Source: Candidatus Hadarchaeota archaeon (GTDB taxonomy: Archaea; Hadarchaeota; Hadarchaeia; Hadarchaeales; JAGGTB01). From it: 64,000 nt of DNA. Every line of letters starts with the position of its first letter. The first letter of the stretch is position 1. Shown one piece after another: positions 9,350 to 18,653 of the stretch. Below the pieces are notes generated by a model. That model was not told where the DNA came from. It searched no databases and saw only the letters and a list, made by a program, of their open reading frames with translations. The stretch spans positions 128,001 through 192,000 of the forward strand of contig CAYLJV010000003.1 of assembly GCA_964384105.1 (NCBI GenBank). Reading direction: 5' to 3'. The position numbers and the translations under genes were made by a program.

Positions 9350-9733
9350 TTATCGATTAGAGCTTAATTTTCTCCTACAATATCCTTCGGGTCTGCAAGA
9401 ACTGGGCCTGTTGATTAGATCCCTTTTGGCTTTTTCTTTGTCTACTTCTGCCCGGGCGACTTCATCCGGCAGATACTTTAAGGTTGGAACTTTTTCGATT
9501 GGGGTCTTATGGTTTTCTAAATATCCTGCTAACTTATCATGCCTTTCTTTCAGAGATTTCAATTCAATTAGACCGAATTTTGCGAGAGTAGCGAGATTCT
9601 TTCTGTGTTTTTCCGAGTTTTCATATTTTGGTTTCGTCCTTTCTAGCGATCCTAGCAAAGCATGTAATTCTCTATGCTCTCCTAGAATATGTTGCACACA
9701 CATCAATTCTGGATCGATCATCCACATTCTCAT
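9350..9733 (-). CDS. Pyrimidine-dimer DNA glycosylase/endonuclease V-like family protein
   Basis: MRMWMIDPELMCVQHILGEHRELH N-terminal signature, LKERHDKL; start reassigned to ATG at 9733. Confidence 0.75.
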   Translation of the reverse strand: MRMWMIDPELMCVQHILGEHRELHALLGSLERTKPKYENSEKHRKNLATLAKFGLIELKSLKERHDKLAGYLENHKTPIEKVPTLKYLPDEVARAEVDKEKAKRDLINRPSSCRPEGYCRRKLSSNR

Positions 9734-9908
9734 GTTTCTCGTTACCCGGTTTAACAAAGCTTGTTCTATGATTAATCTTTCTCTATCGAAATCAAATTTA
9801 GATGTCTGTTCTACTTCCAAAGAGAATAATTTCTACTATATCATTGAGCATGTTAGTAAACTATCGAAATTGTTTACAGTTAGTATATTCAATAAACTTT
9901 GAGAAACT

Positions 9909-10370
9909 ATGCGGATTCTAAGCAAGAACCTCAGAGAGAAATGGAAAAATTACGTGTGGCAAAGTGCAGGAGCTGGAGTGTCTATCCTCATCCTTCTACT
10001 TGTTTTCATTTACAGTCCTATTCAGCTTGTTCTTGTTGCTGCGGCGGGTTCAACGGCGTTCACTGTTTTTGCACTTCCCCACAACCGAACGGCTAAATTA
10101 AGAAACGTGTTTTGGGGTCACGGAATTTGCGTTGGTGTGGGCTTGGCTTGTTCATATCTTTCTTCGATCTGGCTTGCTGGTGGTCTTGCCGTGAGTATAG
10201 GTTCCTTCTTGATGGTCGTTGTCGATGCGGAGCATCCTCCGGCGGCGGGAACAGCTTTGGGATTGGTAGCTTCGCCTACTCTACCGGGTGCTTTTTTCGT
10301 TTTGTCATCGGCCGTTATCTTTTCTATTATAAGAAGAGTCTTGATGCCTTGGCTCAAGGATCTGTACTAG
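9909..10370 (+). CDS. HPP family membrane protein
   Basis: GSTAFTVFALP and EHPPAAGTAL motifs. Confidence 0.9.
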   Translation: MRILSKNLREKWKNYVWQSAGAGVSILILLLVFIYSPIQLVLVAAAGSTAFTVFALPHNRTAKLRNVFWGHGICVGVGLACSYLSSIWLAGGLAVSIGSFLMVVVDAEHPPAAGTALGLVASPTLPGAFFVLSSAVIFSIIRRVLMPWLKDLY

Positions 10371-10526
10371 TCTTAGGAAAATTCCGTAAAAGCTATGATT
10401 TGCAGGTTTATCTTCTGATTATATTTTTGATTTTTCTCATTGTGATTATTCTTATGATCGAGACTTCAAATCAGAAATGTGGGCTAGTAGTAAAATATTT
10501 CAGTTAACTTGTGTAAATGGTATTAG

Positions 10527-10850
10527 GTGATGATTTTGATAGTTGTTAATACTGATTTTGTTCCCGGAAAGAAAATTAAAGAGTCACTTGGATTGGTGCG
10601 TGGAAATACAATCCGTGCTAAGGGACTCGGAAGTGATATTAAAGCTAGCTTCAGAAACTTAGCCGGGGGAAAAATCGATGAGTATGTCGATATGCTTTCT
10701 GAATCTAGGGAGGAAGCACTAAACGAGATGGTCGAGAAGGCTGAGGAGATGGGGGCAGATGCTGTGATAAATGTAAGATTTATGACCAGTTCTGTGATGG
10801 GCAGTGCCGCGGAGATATTATCATATGGAACGGCTGTAAAGTTTGAGTGA
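10527..10850 (+). CDS. YbjQ/UPF0145 family protein
   Basis: GLVRGNTIRAK...GG.I.EY...GADAVINVRF...YGTAVK. Confidence 0.93.
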   Translation: MMILIVVNTDFVPGKKIKESLGLVRGNTIRAKGLGSDIKASFRNLAGGKIDEYVDMLSESREEALNEMVEKAEEMGADAVINVRFMTSSVMGSAAEILSYGTAVKFE

Positions 10851-11058
10851 TAAAATGAACTTGTGGCACATAGGCTTTGCTCTTTTGGTAATAGGTGTTG
10901 GGATACCGGTTGTGTATAGCTTGTACAAGTTTGTTCTCGCCTCTATCCCTTGGTATGGAAGGTTGTCGATTATTTGTGTGGTAGTTGGTTGCATAGTTCT
11001 CCTGGCGGCTGCAGCGAAAGATCGAATGCAGGCTCCTTCACCTGAAGAAAAATATTAG
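10843..11058 (+). CDS. Small 2-TM membrane protein
   Basis: Overlaps ybjQ stop; two hydrophobic helices. Confidence 0.7.
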   Translation: MSDKMNLWHIGFALLVIGVGIPVVYSLYKFVLASIPWYGRLSIICVVVGCIVLLAAAAKDRMQAPSPEEKY

Positions 11059-11136
11059 TCTTGTTCTTGACTTTGGGCTTTATCATTTATTTTAAGATTT
11101 TTCTTTAATTTATGAACTTTAGTTGAATCTTTATAG

Positions 11137-11421
11137 ACTTTGTTTCGTAGACGCTACAAAGTTTATCATATAATTATAGCTAAAATGCCTCTGAGGTGAA
11201 TCATCCTTGGATATAACGGCGTTCGGTTTGTTTCCGTTATAGGTTTTGTTTAATTGAGGTTGAAAATATGATTTGGACTTTTGAAGAATATTTGGAAAAG
11301 TTAGGTAAGTAAAAAACTTGAATTTTTATTTTTATCTTTTTTAATTTCTATATATTGAATATTTTTTCATTTGTCCTACGTTATTCAGTTAAGTATTATG
11401 TTTCGTAGTTGAAACAAAGTT
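11137..11421 (+). promoter_or_regulatory. Duplicated palindromic operator (copies at 11137-11163 and 11399-11421) upstream of AT-rich TATA-like boxes
   Basis: TGTTTCGTAGacGctACAAAGTT vs TGTTTCGTAGttGaaACAAAGTT (19/23 identical); arms ACTTTGT/ACAAAGT and TGTTTC/GAAACA. Confidence 0.6.
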
Positions 11422-11463
11422 CTAATAGAATTTAACCAGATAATAAATCAAATTCAAAGAGAG

Positions 11464-11886
11464 GTGAAAATAATGAAAACAAAATTTGTTGTAGCTCTTG
11501 CGTTAGGTTTAGCAATAACATTGGTAGCTGGTGCTTCTTTGTTTTCCTATGCAGACAGCAATCCTGATTCCAATACTCTTACCGAAGGCGAAGCCAGGGA
11601 TATGGCGGAACAGTTTGTAGAGAACTCCCTGACCTATCAATTCGATGGTTCCAATCTTGAATACAAGGAGACACTTTATCCTGATGTAGTGGATTGTTCA
11701 GACTGTTGGACCTTCGTGTTTGAGTTTGAATCGGCACATGGAGGTTACAGTGATAGGACCGAAGAAATGGTAACTCAGGTTATAACACCTCATGAAGCCC
11801 ATGTCACGATTGAGGATGGAGAGATTGTCTCAGCAGTTCTCGATTTGAAATGGGACATGATAAACCAAAAAATGATCGAGGAGTAA
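11464..11886 (+). CDS. Secreted/cell-surface hypothetical protein
   Basis: Signal peptide MKTKFVVALALG..., acidic mature part with CxxC; SD GAGGTGA (start likely ATG 11473). Confidence 0.8.
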   Translation: MKIMKTKFVVALALGLAITLVAGASLFSYADSNPDSNTLTEGEARDMAEQFVENSLTYQFDGSNLEYKETLYPDVVDCSDCWTFVFEFESAHGGYSDRTEEMVTQVITPHEAHVTIEDGEIVSAVLDLKWDMINQKMIEE

Positions 11887-12047
11887 CTGTGGATGAAAGT
11901 GAATTTTTTTATTTTTAATTTTTTAATTACTTAATGGAATTGAAAGTATATTTGAATGTAGTGTGTTTAGTGATATAGAAGAGGAAGATTACAGAAAGAT
12001 TATTTTGAGAATTGGATAATAGAATCTCTTGGATATTATAAACAAAT

Positions 12048-13802
12048 TTATCTTCTTTTAAGAGCTTCCGGTATCATCTTGAGCTTTTGCAAGATTGAGG
12101 GTTTAACACCCCAAGCTCGGACCATTGCTTCTGCTCTGGCATCGAAGGAAGGTGCCTCTTCGGGATCTATCAAAACGTCTAAAACCGTTGGTTTTCCGTT
12201 TTCTAGGGCTTCTTTAGTTACACTTTCTATCTCCTCGGGTTTTTCTATTCTTAATCCTACTGCACCCATCGATTCTGCTAGCTTAACAAAATCGGGATTT
12301 ACAAAGTCGGTGGATATTCGCCTACCGTTGAATAGTATGTCCTGAGTGTCTCTTATCATTCCGAGTGTACTGTTATTCATTATGAACCATTTGACTGGTA
12401 TTGCGTAGTTTACAGCAGTGATGACTTCCATACCCTGCATCTGAAAACCACCGTCCCCACATACACATATTACATCTTTATCTGGAGCAGCGAGCTGACC
12501 ACCTATTGATGCCGCTACTCCGTAACCCATAGAAGCTAAGCTGGAAGAAATGAAGTAGGTGTCGGGTTCATTGACTTGGAAAAAACTTTCTATCCAAGCA
12601 AGATTGTTTCCGATATCACTGAAAACAATTGTATCTTCCGGAAGTGCTTCTCTGAGGGATTTCATAAATCTTTGAGGTTTAATTGGGATATCTTTGGAGT
12701 CCATCTCGGGGTCTGAGTAGTATTCTCTTTTCTTTTTCTCTGATGATATATATTCTGAGTCTCCCAAGTTCTTCTTTCCCTGTTTTTTCATTTCTTCAAG
12801 AAGCTGTTCCATCACTATTTTGGAGTCGCCTATTATCCCCACAGTTGTATCATAATTCTTTCCGATTTCCCATTCATCGATGTCTATTTGTATTAGGGCC
12901 TTATTGGGTTGAAATTTGGGGTCCCAGGTGTGAGTCGTGAATTCGCTGAAGCTGGTTCCCAAGGATAGCAAGACATCTATGCGGTCTCTCAAAACTTTGT
13001 TTGCAACGTTGGTTCCATAGAGACCCACACATCCTAGGCTCAGTTCGTGATTCTCTGGGAGGATGCCCTTTCCCCTAAGCGTGGTTGCTACAGGAATGTT
13101 GAATGTCTCGGCCAGCTCGATTATCTGACTGCTGGCCTCCAGAGCCCCTGCACCGGCTAGTATGGCTGGATTTTTGGATGATAGAATCAACGTTGCTGCT
13201 TTTTCTATATTTTCTTTTGTTCCCGCTATAGGTATTCTTTCTATCTTGCTTATTCTGGATTCCTCTATTTCGACTTCTGTGGCAAAGGAATCCGCTGTGA
13301 TATCTAGATGAGCTGGACCGGGTCTCCCATTAAGGCTGTGTCTAAGGGCATTACGGAAGGATTGCAATAGCTTGTCGCTTCTCGTTACTAGAGTGGAATA
13401 TTTTGTGATACCTTCAAAGATTTCTACGTGGTTTGGCGTCCTCCCTTCTCCAGTTGCTTCTTGCAAGCCGCCCTTTCCTATAGAGCTTGAACCTACTTGA
13501 GCGGTCAGGACGAGAAGAGGGGTTGAGTCCATAAAGGCTGATGCAACGCCGGTTATTAGATTCGTAGCTCCAGGTCCTACTGTTCCGGCACAGACTCCTA
13601 ATTTTTTACTTACCTGAGCGTATCCTGTGGCCATGAAACTCGCTCCGGCTTCGTGTTTTGTTAATATTGGTGTTATCGCTGAGCTGTCTATTAGAGAATT
13701 ATAGAACTTCAGGAGGTGACCTCCGGGGACGCCAAATATGTAATTTACACCGTTAGTTTCGAGAAGTTTAACTAAAAGTTCAGAACCAGAAGCTTTCATC
13801 AA
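12048..13802 (-). CDS. Thiamine-pyrophosphate enzyme, acetolactate synthase large-subunit-like
   Basis: FGVPGG, HEAGA.FMA.GY, GPGATN, GDGGF...NN TPP motif; no small subunit adjacent. Confidence 0.9.
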   Translation of the reverse strand: MMKASGSELLVKLLETNGVNYIFGVPGGHLLKFYNSLIDSSAITPILTKHEAGASFMATGYAQVSKKLGVCAGTVGPGATNLITGVASAFMDSTPLLVLTAQVGSSSIGKGGLQEATGEGRTPNHVEIFEGITKYSTLVTRSDKLLQSFRNALRHSLNGRPGPAHLDITADSFATEVEIEESRISKIERIPIAGTKENIEKAATLILSSKNPAILAGAGALEASSQIIELAETFNIPVATTLRGKGILPENHELSLGCVGLYGTNVANKVLRDRIDVLLSLGTSFSEFTTHTWDPKFQPNKALIQIDIDEWEIGKNYDTTVGIIGDSKIVMEQLLEEMKKQGKKNLGDSEYISSEKKKREYYSDPEMDSKDIPIKPQRFMKSLREALPEDTIVFSDIGNNLAWIESFFQVNEPDTYFISSSLASMGYGVAASIGGQLAAPDKDVICVCGDGGFQMQGMEVITAVNYAIPVKWFIMNNSTLGMIRDTQDILFNGRRISTDFVNPDFVKLAESMGAVGLRIEKPEEIESVTKEALENGKPTVLDVLIDPEEAPSFDARAEAMVRAWGVKPSILQKLKMIPEALKRR

Positions 13803-14126
13803 TATTAATATCCTATAACATCTATTTTATTCTTTCTTTTCTCTGTGGACCTTAAATATTATTTTTTTGCCTCTATTACTCTTTTCCATTGAAAAAATAC
13901 TTCTTTTGGCTTTTTTCTTTATTAAAAAATTTTTAAATCATAAAAAATTCAATTTCAAAATCATTACCTAGATTAATGATAAGAGGGTTCCAATAATTAG
14001 TTTTTATTACTGAAAATAGATATACTAAGTTCTAATTCACTATTTAAAAATTAGAATTTCCTTTTTTCAGTTGCAAAGCTTCAAATAAAAGAAGAAAGTT
14101 AAAATTTATAGTAATATTCGTAGGGA

Positions 14127-14408
14127 ATGTTTATGGTTTCTGATGGAGAGCTAAGGAAAAAGGCCAAAAAGATAGCTAAGGCAAAATCGGAATTTTATAC
14201 TCATCTGGGGATTTATGTTGCAGTAAATATTTTCCTAATTGCTATGTGGTACGTTACTATTGGTCCCGGTGGTTTTCCTTGGTTTGTTTTCCCATTGTTT
14301 GGGTGGGGGATTGGTGTTACAGGGCATGCCTTTGATACATTTTATGGCAAGAGCTACATTGAAAAAAAGACTGAAGAAGAGTTTGAGAAGCTAAAAAAAA
14401 GTAATTGA
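14127..14408 (+). CDS. 2TM domain-containing protein
   Basis: FYTHLGIYVAVN...PWF.FPLFGWGIG..GH pattern. Confidence 0.85.
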   Translation: MFMVSDGELRKKAKKIAKAKSEFYTHLGIYVAVNIFLIAMWYVTIGPGGFPWFVFPLFGWGIGVTGHAFDTFYGKSYIEKKTEEEFEKLKKSN

Positions 14409-14533
14409 GGCTTTTTGTTATAGTCATCTATTTCTTCTCAGGTTTATTGAATATCTTTGAATTTAAGAAAGAACAGTGGACCGTACTACTAGTTAGCTAG
14501 TCTTTTAACTAATTTTTTACTCGGTTTATTACA

Positions 14534-14728
14534 ATGGCTAACAGTATTGAAGAGAGTAATAGATTAATGGTATACTATTCATTGTGGATATTTGGGTGGC
14601 TTATACTAATCGTTAATGGAATTGGCTATTTCGCAGGAAATTCAATATTTCCGTTCAGTTCCTCTACCATTGGTCTAGGCTTGCTTGCAACTGGCTATAT
14701 GTTAGGGAGAAGGAACACGAAGAAGTAG
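14534..14728 (+). CDS. Small membrane protein
   Basis: 64 aa, two hydrophobic segments. Confidence 0.6.
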   Translation: MANSIEESNRLMVYYSLWIFGWLILIVNGIGYFAGNSIFPFSSSTIGLGLLATGYMLGRRNTKK

Positions 14729-14783
14729 TTGAATAAATTTATGAGCATGCGTAAGACAGCGCTTTTTAATTCTCCGATCTTAG

Positions 14784-14918
14784 CTATTCTTTGTGTGCGT
14801 GCCAGTATTTCTCTTTTCGTGGATCATAGATAATGCTACAGCTTCTGCAATAATATAACCCTAAGGTTTCCCAACTGACCATATTTTTTCCGCATTCTAT
14901 ACAATCTGGAGATTCCAT
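14784..14918 (-). CDS. 44-aa CxxC-CxxC zinc-finger microprotein
   Basis: MESPDCIECGKNMVSWETLGLYYCRSCSIIYDPRKEKYWHAHKE (manual translation). Confidence 0.65.
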   Translation of the reverse strand: MESPDCIECGKNMVSWETLGLYYCRSCSIIYDPRKEKYWHAHKE

Positions 14919-15100
14919 TTGATTGTCTCTTTATGTCTGGTTAGAAAGCAGAATAGAGAATTTAATTTTTTAAATTTCTAAGAAACTTCCCCTAGTTACT
15001 TTTGTGGATATTAAAGTAAAAAGATATTCCAGACAGATATTTTTCAAATTCTTTTAGCTCTTTATAATCTCTAATTAGTTACTTTGATGAATAAACGAAC

Positions 15101-15586
15101 TTAGGGCGATTTTCCATTTTTGAATCCGCTAATCTTCTTGACTTCTGTCAATTTAAAAACGAAGTTTCTTTCTTTTTCTACTAATGCCTCTAACGGTTCA
15201 TCTCTTGAGTGTCCCAATGCAATTAGTATATTTTTGGATAGTCCTTTTTCCTCCATCATCTTTACAAAAATCTTACGAATTTTTTTCTTTACTTCCTCTT
15301 CTTCGATTTTGATGAGTCTACCAGAAAGGGTGACAAACTTATAATCAGAAAGGTCCTTTTTGTAAGATTCTATTTCCACAGTCACGAGAGGGTTTTCTTT
15401 TAGATAATGGAGTTTTTTTCCATATTTCGTCACTAATATATAAATGTGGGAGCCATCGAACGTGTAGAGAAATGGCTTAATTTGAGGGTATTTTTCACCT
15501 TGGTATGAGACTCGGCATATGTACTGATTCTTTATTAAGTCATCGTATTCACTTTTATTAAGAAAAGGTAGTTTTTCAATCTTCAT
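15101..15586 (-). CDS. Pyridoxamine 5'-phosphate oxidase-like FMN-binding protein (NimA-like)
   Basis: ICRVSY..YP.I.PFLY.FDG..IY...YG.KL..LKENP.VTVEIE pattern. Confidence 0.8.
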   Translation of the reverse strand: MKIEKLPFLNKSEYDDLIKNQYICRVSYQGEKYPQIKPFLYTFDGSHIYILVTKYGKKLHYLKENPLVTVEIESYKKDLSDYKFVTLSGRLIKIEEEEVKKKIRKIFVKMMEEKGLSKNILIALGHSRDEPLEALVEKERNFVFKLTEVKKISGFKNGKSP

Positions 15587-15654
15587 ATTTATTTTTACGA
15601 ACCCTTCCTTTAATAAAACTGTTTTTTTGTTGATAAGCGTCAGTATTTTATCTT

Positions 15655-16704
15655 TTGTTGGATAAGGTAGACTTGGGGGGTATATTGAAGTCTTTTACTT
15701 GGGTAGCTTTTCTTTTTTTAGCTATTACGATGGTCTTTATTGTTCCCCTCTGTTCAGCTCATGTTCCAAAAGAAATAGAGACGAATGAGAATTTTGAGAC
15801 TGCATTTCATATCGAGGACCCTACTAAGTCTTGGGTGATATACTCCGAAATTCACGAGGGAGGGGAGGGAAATTACTACAAGCTAGAATTGGATAAAGGT
15901 CAGATACTTCGATTGAGCCTTTTTATCCCAAATAAGGATAATTTTTTACCTGTCTTGGTAGTGGCTGGGCCCAGTTTAGAATCGAACGATACTTTGCCGG
16001 AAGCCGTTAAAATCCCGGAGGATATGGGATATGTGGTTTTAGAAGGAAAACTGAAGGAACCAGAATTTGAGCCATTTACACCGGCTAGTTATTACTATCT
16101 GGTGGATTATGAGGAAGAAGTAGATCATGCAGCAACTTACTACGTTGCTGTTTTTGAACCAGATTCCGGGGGAAAATATGGTTTGGCTGTCGGGAAAGAG
16201 GAGAGATACAGTGTACTTGAATGGATTAGGATTCCTATTGATGTAATTAATATACGTCAATGGGAAGGAAAGTCGCTTTTACTTTTATTTTCACCGCTTA
16301 TTCTGACATTAGTTGGTGGTGTTTTATTTTTTGTAAAAAAAATCGACCATGACTCACCTAAAGCAATTATAAAGTGGCTGGTTATTTTTTCAGGACTCTT
16401 ATATCTTGGAAGTGGATTTACGAAATTTACAGAATTGGGCTTTTCTATAAACAATGTCAACCCTGGCCCTTTGGTAATTATAACGATTATTTTCTCTTCG
16501 CTTCCAATAATCTTAGGAATTTTTACTATCCGTCTTGGTGTAAAAATGGAAAGAGATACTAAAATTAGAGATAGGGTCAGATTAGCTATTTATGGAATCT
16601 TAGCCCTTTTCTTGTGGGCAGGTTTAATTTTTGGGTCGATAATAATATTTCTTGCAAGTATTTTACCCTCGGACTTGAGAAAAAATAAGAAAGAAAATAA
16701 CTAG
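15655..16704 (+). CDS. Conserved membrane protein with extracellular N-terminal domain
   Basis: Signal peptide ..SA|HVP, EFEPFTP motif, 4-5 C-terminal TMs. Confidence 0.8.
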   Translation: MLDKVDLGGILKSFTWVAFLFLAITMVFIVPLCSAHVPKEIETNENFETAFHIEDPTKSWVIYSEIHEGGEGNYYKLELDKGQILRLSLFIPNKDNFLPVLVVAGPSLESNDTLPEAVKIPEDMGYVVLEGKLKEPEFEPFTPASYYYLVDYEEEVDHAATYYVAVFEPDSGGKYGLAVGKEERYSVLEWIRIPIDVINIRQWEGKSLLLLFSPLILTLVGGVLFFVKKIDHDSPKAIIKWLVIFSGLLYLGSGFTKFTELGFSINNVNPGPLVIITIIFSSLPIILGIFTIRLGVKMERDTKIRDRVRLAIYGILALFLWAGLIFGSIIIFLASILPSDLRKNKKENN

Positions 16705-16730
16705 TTTTTATTTCCGATTTTTAAAGACTC

Positions 16731-16835
16731 TTACTTCTTTACTGTTAATTCTGCTCCACAGATAGAACAAGTTCCTTTTTCAGTAATGGTGGGCAATTTG
16801 TCTACTTTTTTCCCACAGACACCACATTTTGGCAT
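16731..16835 (-). CDS. 34-aa CxxC-CxxC zinc-ribbon microprotein
   Basis: MPKCGVCGKKVDKLPTITEKGTCSICGAELTVKK; strong SD GAGGGGTGA upstream. Confidence 0.7.
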   Translation of the reverse strand: MPKCGVCGKKVDKLPTITEKGTCSICGAELTVKK

Positions 16836-17079
16836 TTTTATTTTCACCCCCTCAATATTTACCTATCCCCCTACAGAGAGATTTTTACAAATAGGTAATC
16901 CCAATATAATTTTCTAACAAGATTCTTAAAAAATAGTACTTAACTCGGTTCTGTTTATTGTTCAAATTCTTTGTTTTTTAGAAAAATCATTTCTGTCAGA
17001 TTTGCCTTTTTAAAAGAATTTATCTGCTGATACCTCACGATTATCAATTTTCACAGATAATACGTTGAATTTCTAATAA

Positions 17080-17325
17080 TTAACCTAGTATCATTGGGAA
17101 CAGAGTCACGATATCCTTATTTTCCAGTGTATAACTTTTGTTTTGGTCTTTACCATTAACCATTATCAGTTTAGGTTCGCCTTTTTTAATACCGATTTGG
17201 TCTATTAAGGAGAGTATTGTACTTCCTTTTGGTAGTTTGACGGATTTTCCATGTACTCTTTCATATTTACGTCTGAGATTTCCCAGTAGCCTGACTTTTA
17301 CCTTGATATATTCATTTGATGACAA
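17080..17325 (-). CDS. MoaD/ThiS/SAMP-like ubiquitin-fold protein ending in LG
   Basis: VKVRLLG.LR...LP.GSTI..LI..IG...IMVNG...LENKDIVTLFP beta-grasp pattern. Confidence 0.8.
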   Translation of the reverse strand: MSSNEYIKVKVRLLGNLRRKYERVHGKSVKLPKGSTILSLIDQIGIKKGEPKLIMVNGKDQNKSYTLENKDIVTLFPMILG

Positions 17326-17525
17326 GATTTTTCCTACCAGTTCGTTTACTAATATTCAACTTTTTCTCTTTTCGTAGTTTTTCCAATATGTCTTCGTATA
17401 GACTATTTAGATCAGTTCCTGTGCATTTATCTATTCTTAAAGAAGCCACGGTGGCTTACCTTCTTGAATGGTTGTCTATTCTTTTTACGAAAGTTTTTTG
17501 CCTGACTTTAATAGCTGTCTCTGAA

Positions 17526-18554
17526 TTAGGATAGGTAGAAGAGCATTACCATAAATGCTAGGTAAATTGTTACTAATGCAATTCCCTCTTTTCTTTTTAT
17601 TTCCCAATCAGTTTCTACAAAAGTGAGGAGTAATATGCTAAGTAGTATCAGAAACGGGGCGGTTATATAGAGAGTTGATTTGGTGACTGTGATGGAGGAT
17701 ATTGTCCCGGAGATACCTAATATAAGAAAGATATTCGAGATATTTGATCCTACTATATTACCTATGGCAATGTTTTTGTGACCCTGTTTTGCAGCAGAGA
17801 TCGTTACGGTGAATTCGGGTAAGGAGGTACCGATTGCTACTAGTGTTATACCTATCATCGTGTCCGGGAGTTTTAGGTACTGGGCAAAGTAAATTGATTC
17901 TTCAACAAGATATTTGGCTCCGAATATTATGGCCACCAAAGCAATAGCCAAAATGATAAAATCTTTGAGTCTACCTTTTTTGAATTCTTCTGGAGCTTTT
18001 TTTCTCCCTTTTTTATCGGAGATTATTTTATTTTTTATTTCGTTTAGATATTCAAATTTTACAAAAAATTTAATAAATTCCTTAAAGTGATAGCTTTCTT
18101 CCGATTTCGGTTTCTTCCTAAATAGAAACAATATGTAGACTAGGTAGAATAATAAAAATACTATCGATTCTATCCGAGAGATTATACCATTGATTATGAA
18201 AAAAAGGAAGAGAAAAGAAGAAAATAGCATTATATATCCGTCTCTGCCTAGTATTTCCTTATCTGTCTTTATTGCAGTAATACTAGCCGAAACTCCAATT
18301 ATAAGGCCGATGTTTGCTATGTTTGAACCTACTATATTACCTATCACTATTCCACTAGCCATCTGTAGTGAGGCCGTTACGGATGATGCAAGTTCAGGGA
18401 TGGAGGTTCCTATAGCGACTACCGTCAGACCGATTATGAATTCGGAAACTCCATAGCTTTCAGCTATCGAGGAGGAGGATTTAACAAAATAGTCCGCTCC
18501 TTTGACCAGGAGGATAAGTCCAAATAAGAAGAGTATGATGTGGATTTCAAGCAT
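17526..18554 (-). CDS. Calcium/sodium antiporter (YrbG/NCX family)
   Basis: Two alpha-repeats GTS(I/L)PE...GNIVGSNI. Confidence 0.95.
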   Translation of the reverse strand: MLEIHIILFLFGLILLVKGADYFVKSSSSIAESYGVSEFIIGLTVVAIGTSIPELASSVTASLQMASGIVIGNIVGSNIANIGLIIGVSASITAIKTDKEILGRDGYIMLFSSFLFLFFIINGIISRIESIVFLLFYLVYILFLFRKKPKSEESYHFKEFIKFFVKFEYLNEIKNKIISDKKGRKKAPEEFKKGRLKDFIILAIALVAIIFGAKYLVEESIYFAQYLKLPDTMIGITLVAIGTSLPEFTVTISAAKQGHKNIAIGNIVGSNISNIFLILGISGTISSITVTKSTLYITAPFLILLSILLLTFVETDWEIKRKEGIALVTIYLAFMVMLFYLS

Positions 18555-18653
18555 AACCTTCTGTTTATGAAAATAGTCTTACATGCTAAATAAATTCTTT
18601 AATTGTCAATACAAATTGCGGTTTGGTAATTTTTCTGAAAATCCTTATTGATT

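Noticed and set aside
17314-17451. 45-aa minus-strand ORF upstream of the MoaD-like gene
   Set aside because: No recognisable motif or clear SD; cannot be supported.
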